From assembly GCA_963748825.1 (NCBI GenBank), contig CAVVKN010000021.1, positions 1-64,000 of the forward strand: a DNA stretch of 64,000 nt, written 5' to 3'. Positions within the stretch are counted from its first letter, which is position 1. Each line of letters opens with the position of its first letter. The notes under the pieces are model-generated. The model was not told the DNA's origin and searched no databases. It saw only the letters and a program-made list of their open reading frames with translations. The translations under genes and the position numbers were made by a program. This DNA is from Methanotrichaceae archaeon. GTDB lineage: Archaea; Halobacteriota; Methanosarcinia; Methanotrichales; Methanotrichaceae. Positions 63,465 through 64,000 of this stretch are shown piece by piece.

Positions 63465-63672
63465 GTCGTCTCCGTCCGTTCGTCCTCTGCGTGCTCTGCG
63501 CCTCTGCGGTTCGATCCGCAGTTGTTAGGTTATAATTATATGCTAATAGTAATAGCGAAATGCCACCGCGTCCCAAATCTTGCGCCCGGAAAAACGCCCT
63601 GCCAAGCCCACGGGCAGCTTCCCACGCGGGCACAAGCGCCCCCCGCACGAACGCACGCATGCGAATGGCCTG
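63465..63672 (+). repeat. repeat A copy 3 (more diverged)
   Basis: gttataattat..gctaatagtaat.gcga.atgc, gcgcccggaaaa, gccaagcccac, ccccgcacga.cgcacgcatgc conserved. Confidence 0.88.
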
Positions 63673-63776
63673 CGGCCCGGCAACCGCCCCTGCATCAGCA
63701 TCTTTGCCAGCTTCGATGTGCTTCAAAAAGCAATAGCGTAAGGAATATTTCCATTACCTCTCTATAGAAGCCCCAT

Positions 63777-63995
63777 ATGTTTGCCGAGTATATTGAGGCG
63801 GCTCTAGAAAGGGCTGTTTACAAAACCATCGAAGATGACGGTCCTATCTTTGTTTCAGTACCCGAGCTTCCGGGCGCCTGGGCTGCGGGCAAAACTGTTG
63901 AAGAGGCCTGCAAAGAGCTTATCTCGGTTATTGACGGCTGGATCGCTCTTAGGCTTCGGATGGTACGGTCGATTCCATCAATCGGCGGCCACTGA
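63777..63995 (+). CDS. hicB: HicB-family antitoxin (paralog of 1849-2106)
   Basis: MFAEYIEAALERA...VPELPGAWAAGKTVEEA. Confidence 0.85.
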   Translation: MFAEYIEAALERAVYKTIEDDGPIFVSVPELPGAWAAGKTVEEACKELISVIDGWIALRLRMVRSIPSIGGH

Positions 63996-64000
63996 ACGCC

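Noticed and set aside
61241-63672. CRISPR array or canonical integron attC interpretation of repeats A/B
   Set aside because: The repeats are ~200 bp and separated by whole genes; no cas or intI gene is in the window, and GTTRRRY/RYYYAAC boxes are not conserved across copies.
61315-63767. Repeated ORFs beginning MFCYNYRLIVMARC / MLGYNYMLIVIAKC
   Set aside because: They are translations of repeat A; indels between copies change the frame, so they are unlikely to be proteins.

Overview
Archaeal (methanogen) chromosomal segment; gene content and style are most consistent with Methanothrix/Methanosarcinales. Core blocks: mfnD, a helicase-regulator-aCPSF1-psmB cluster (4-10.5 kb), the large ribosomal protein operon rpl3 to secY-cmk-cbf5 followed by an intron-containing tRNA-Ser (25-41.1 kb), and the rpl15e-RNase P-psmA-exosome-rpoP-pfdB superoperon ending at tRNA-Arg (52.2-59.6 kb). 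Four accessory patches lie between them: (i) 1.8-4.1 kb, toxin-antitoxin (TA) modules separated by a GC-rich repeat; (ii) 19-25 kb, a TIR-Zn-ribbon gene, stacked TA modules with duplicated gene ends and a CHAT-STAND-TPR gene; (iii) 41.1-44.6 kb, a decayed element downstream of tRNA-Ser with an Hfq-like gene and an R-M remnant; (iv) 59.6-64 kb, an OGG-like glycosylase/nitrilase-fold pair followed by an array in which unrelated cargo genes are each bracketed by two conserved ~200-bp non-coding repeats. That repeat-delimited cassette array is the strongest candidate for an undescribed system. Single-base indels in essential genes (rpl3, secY) indicate residual assembly errors, so pseudogene calls are tentative. 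All calls come from reading the sequence; no database searches were run.
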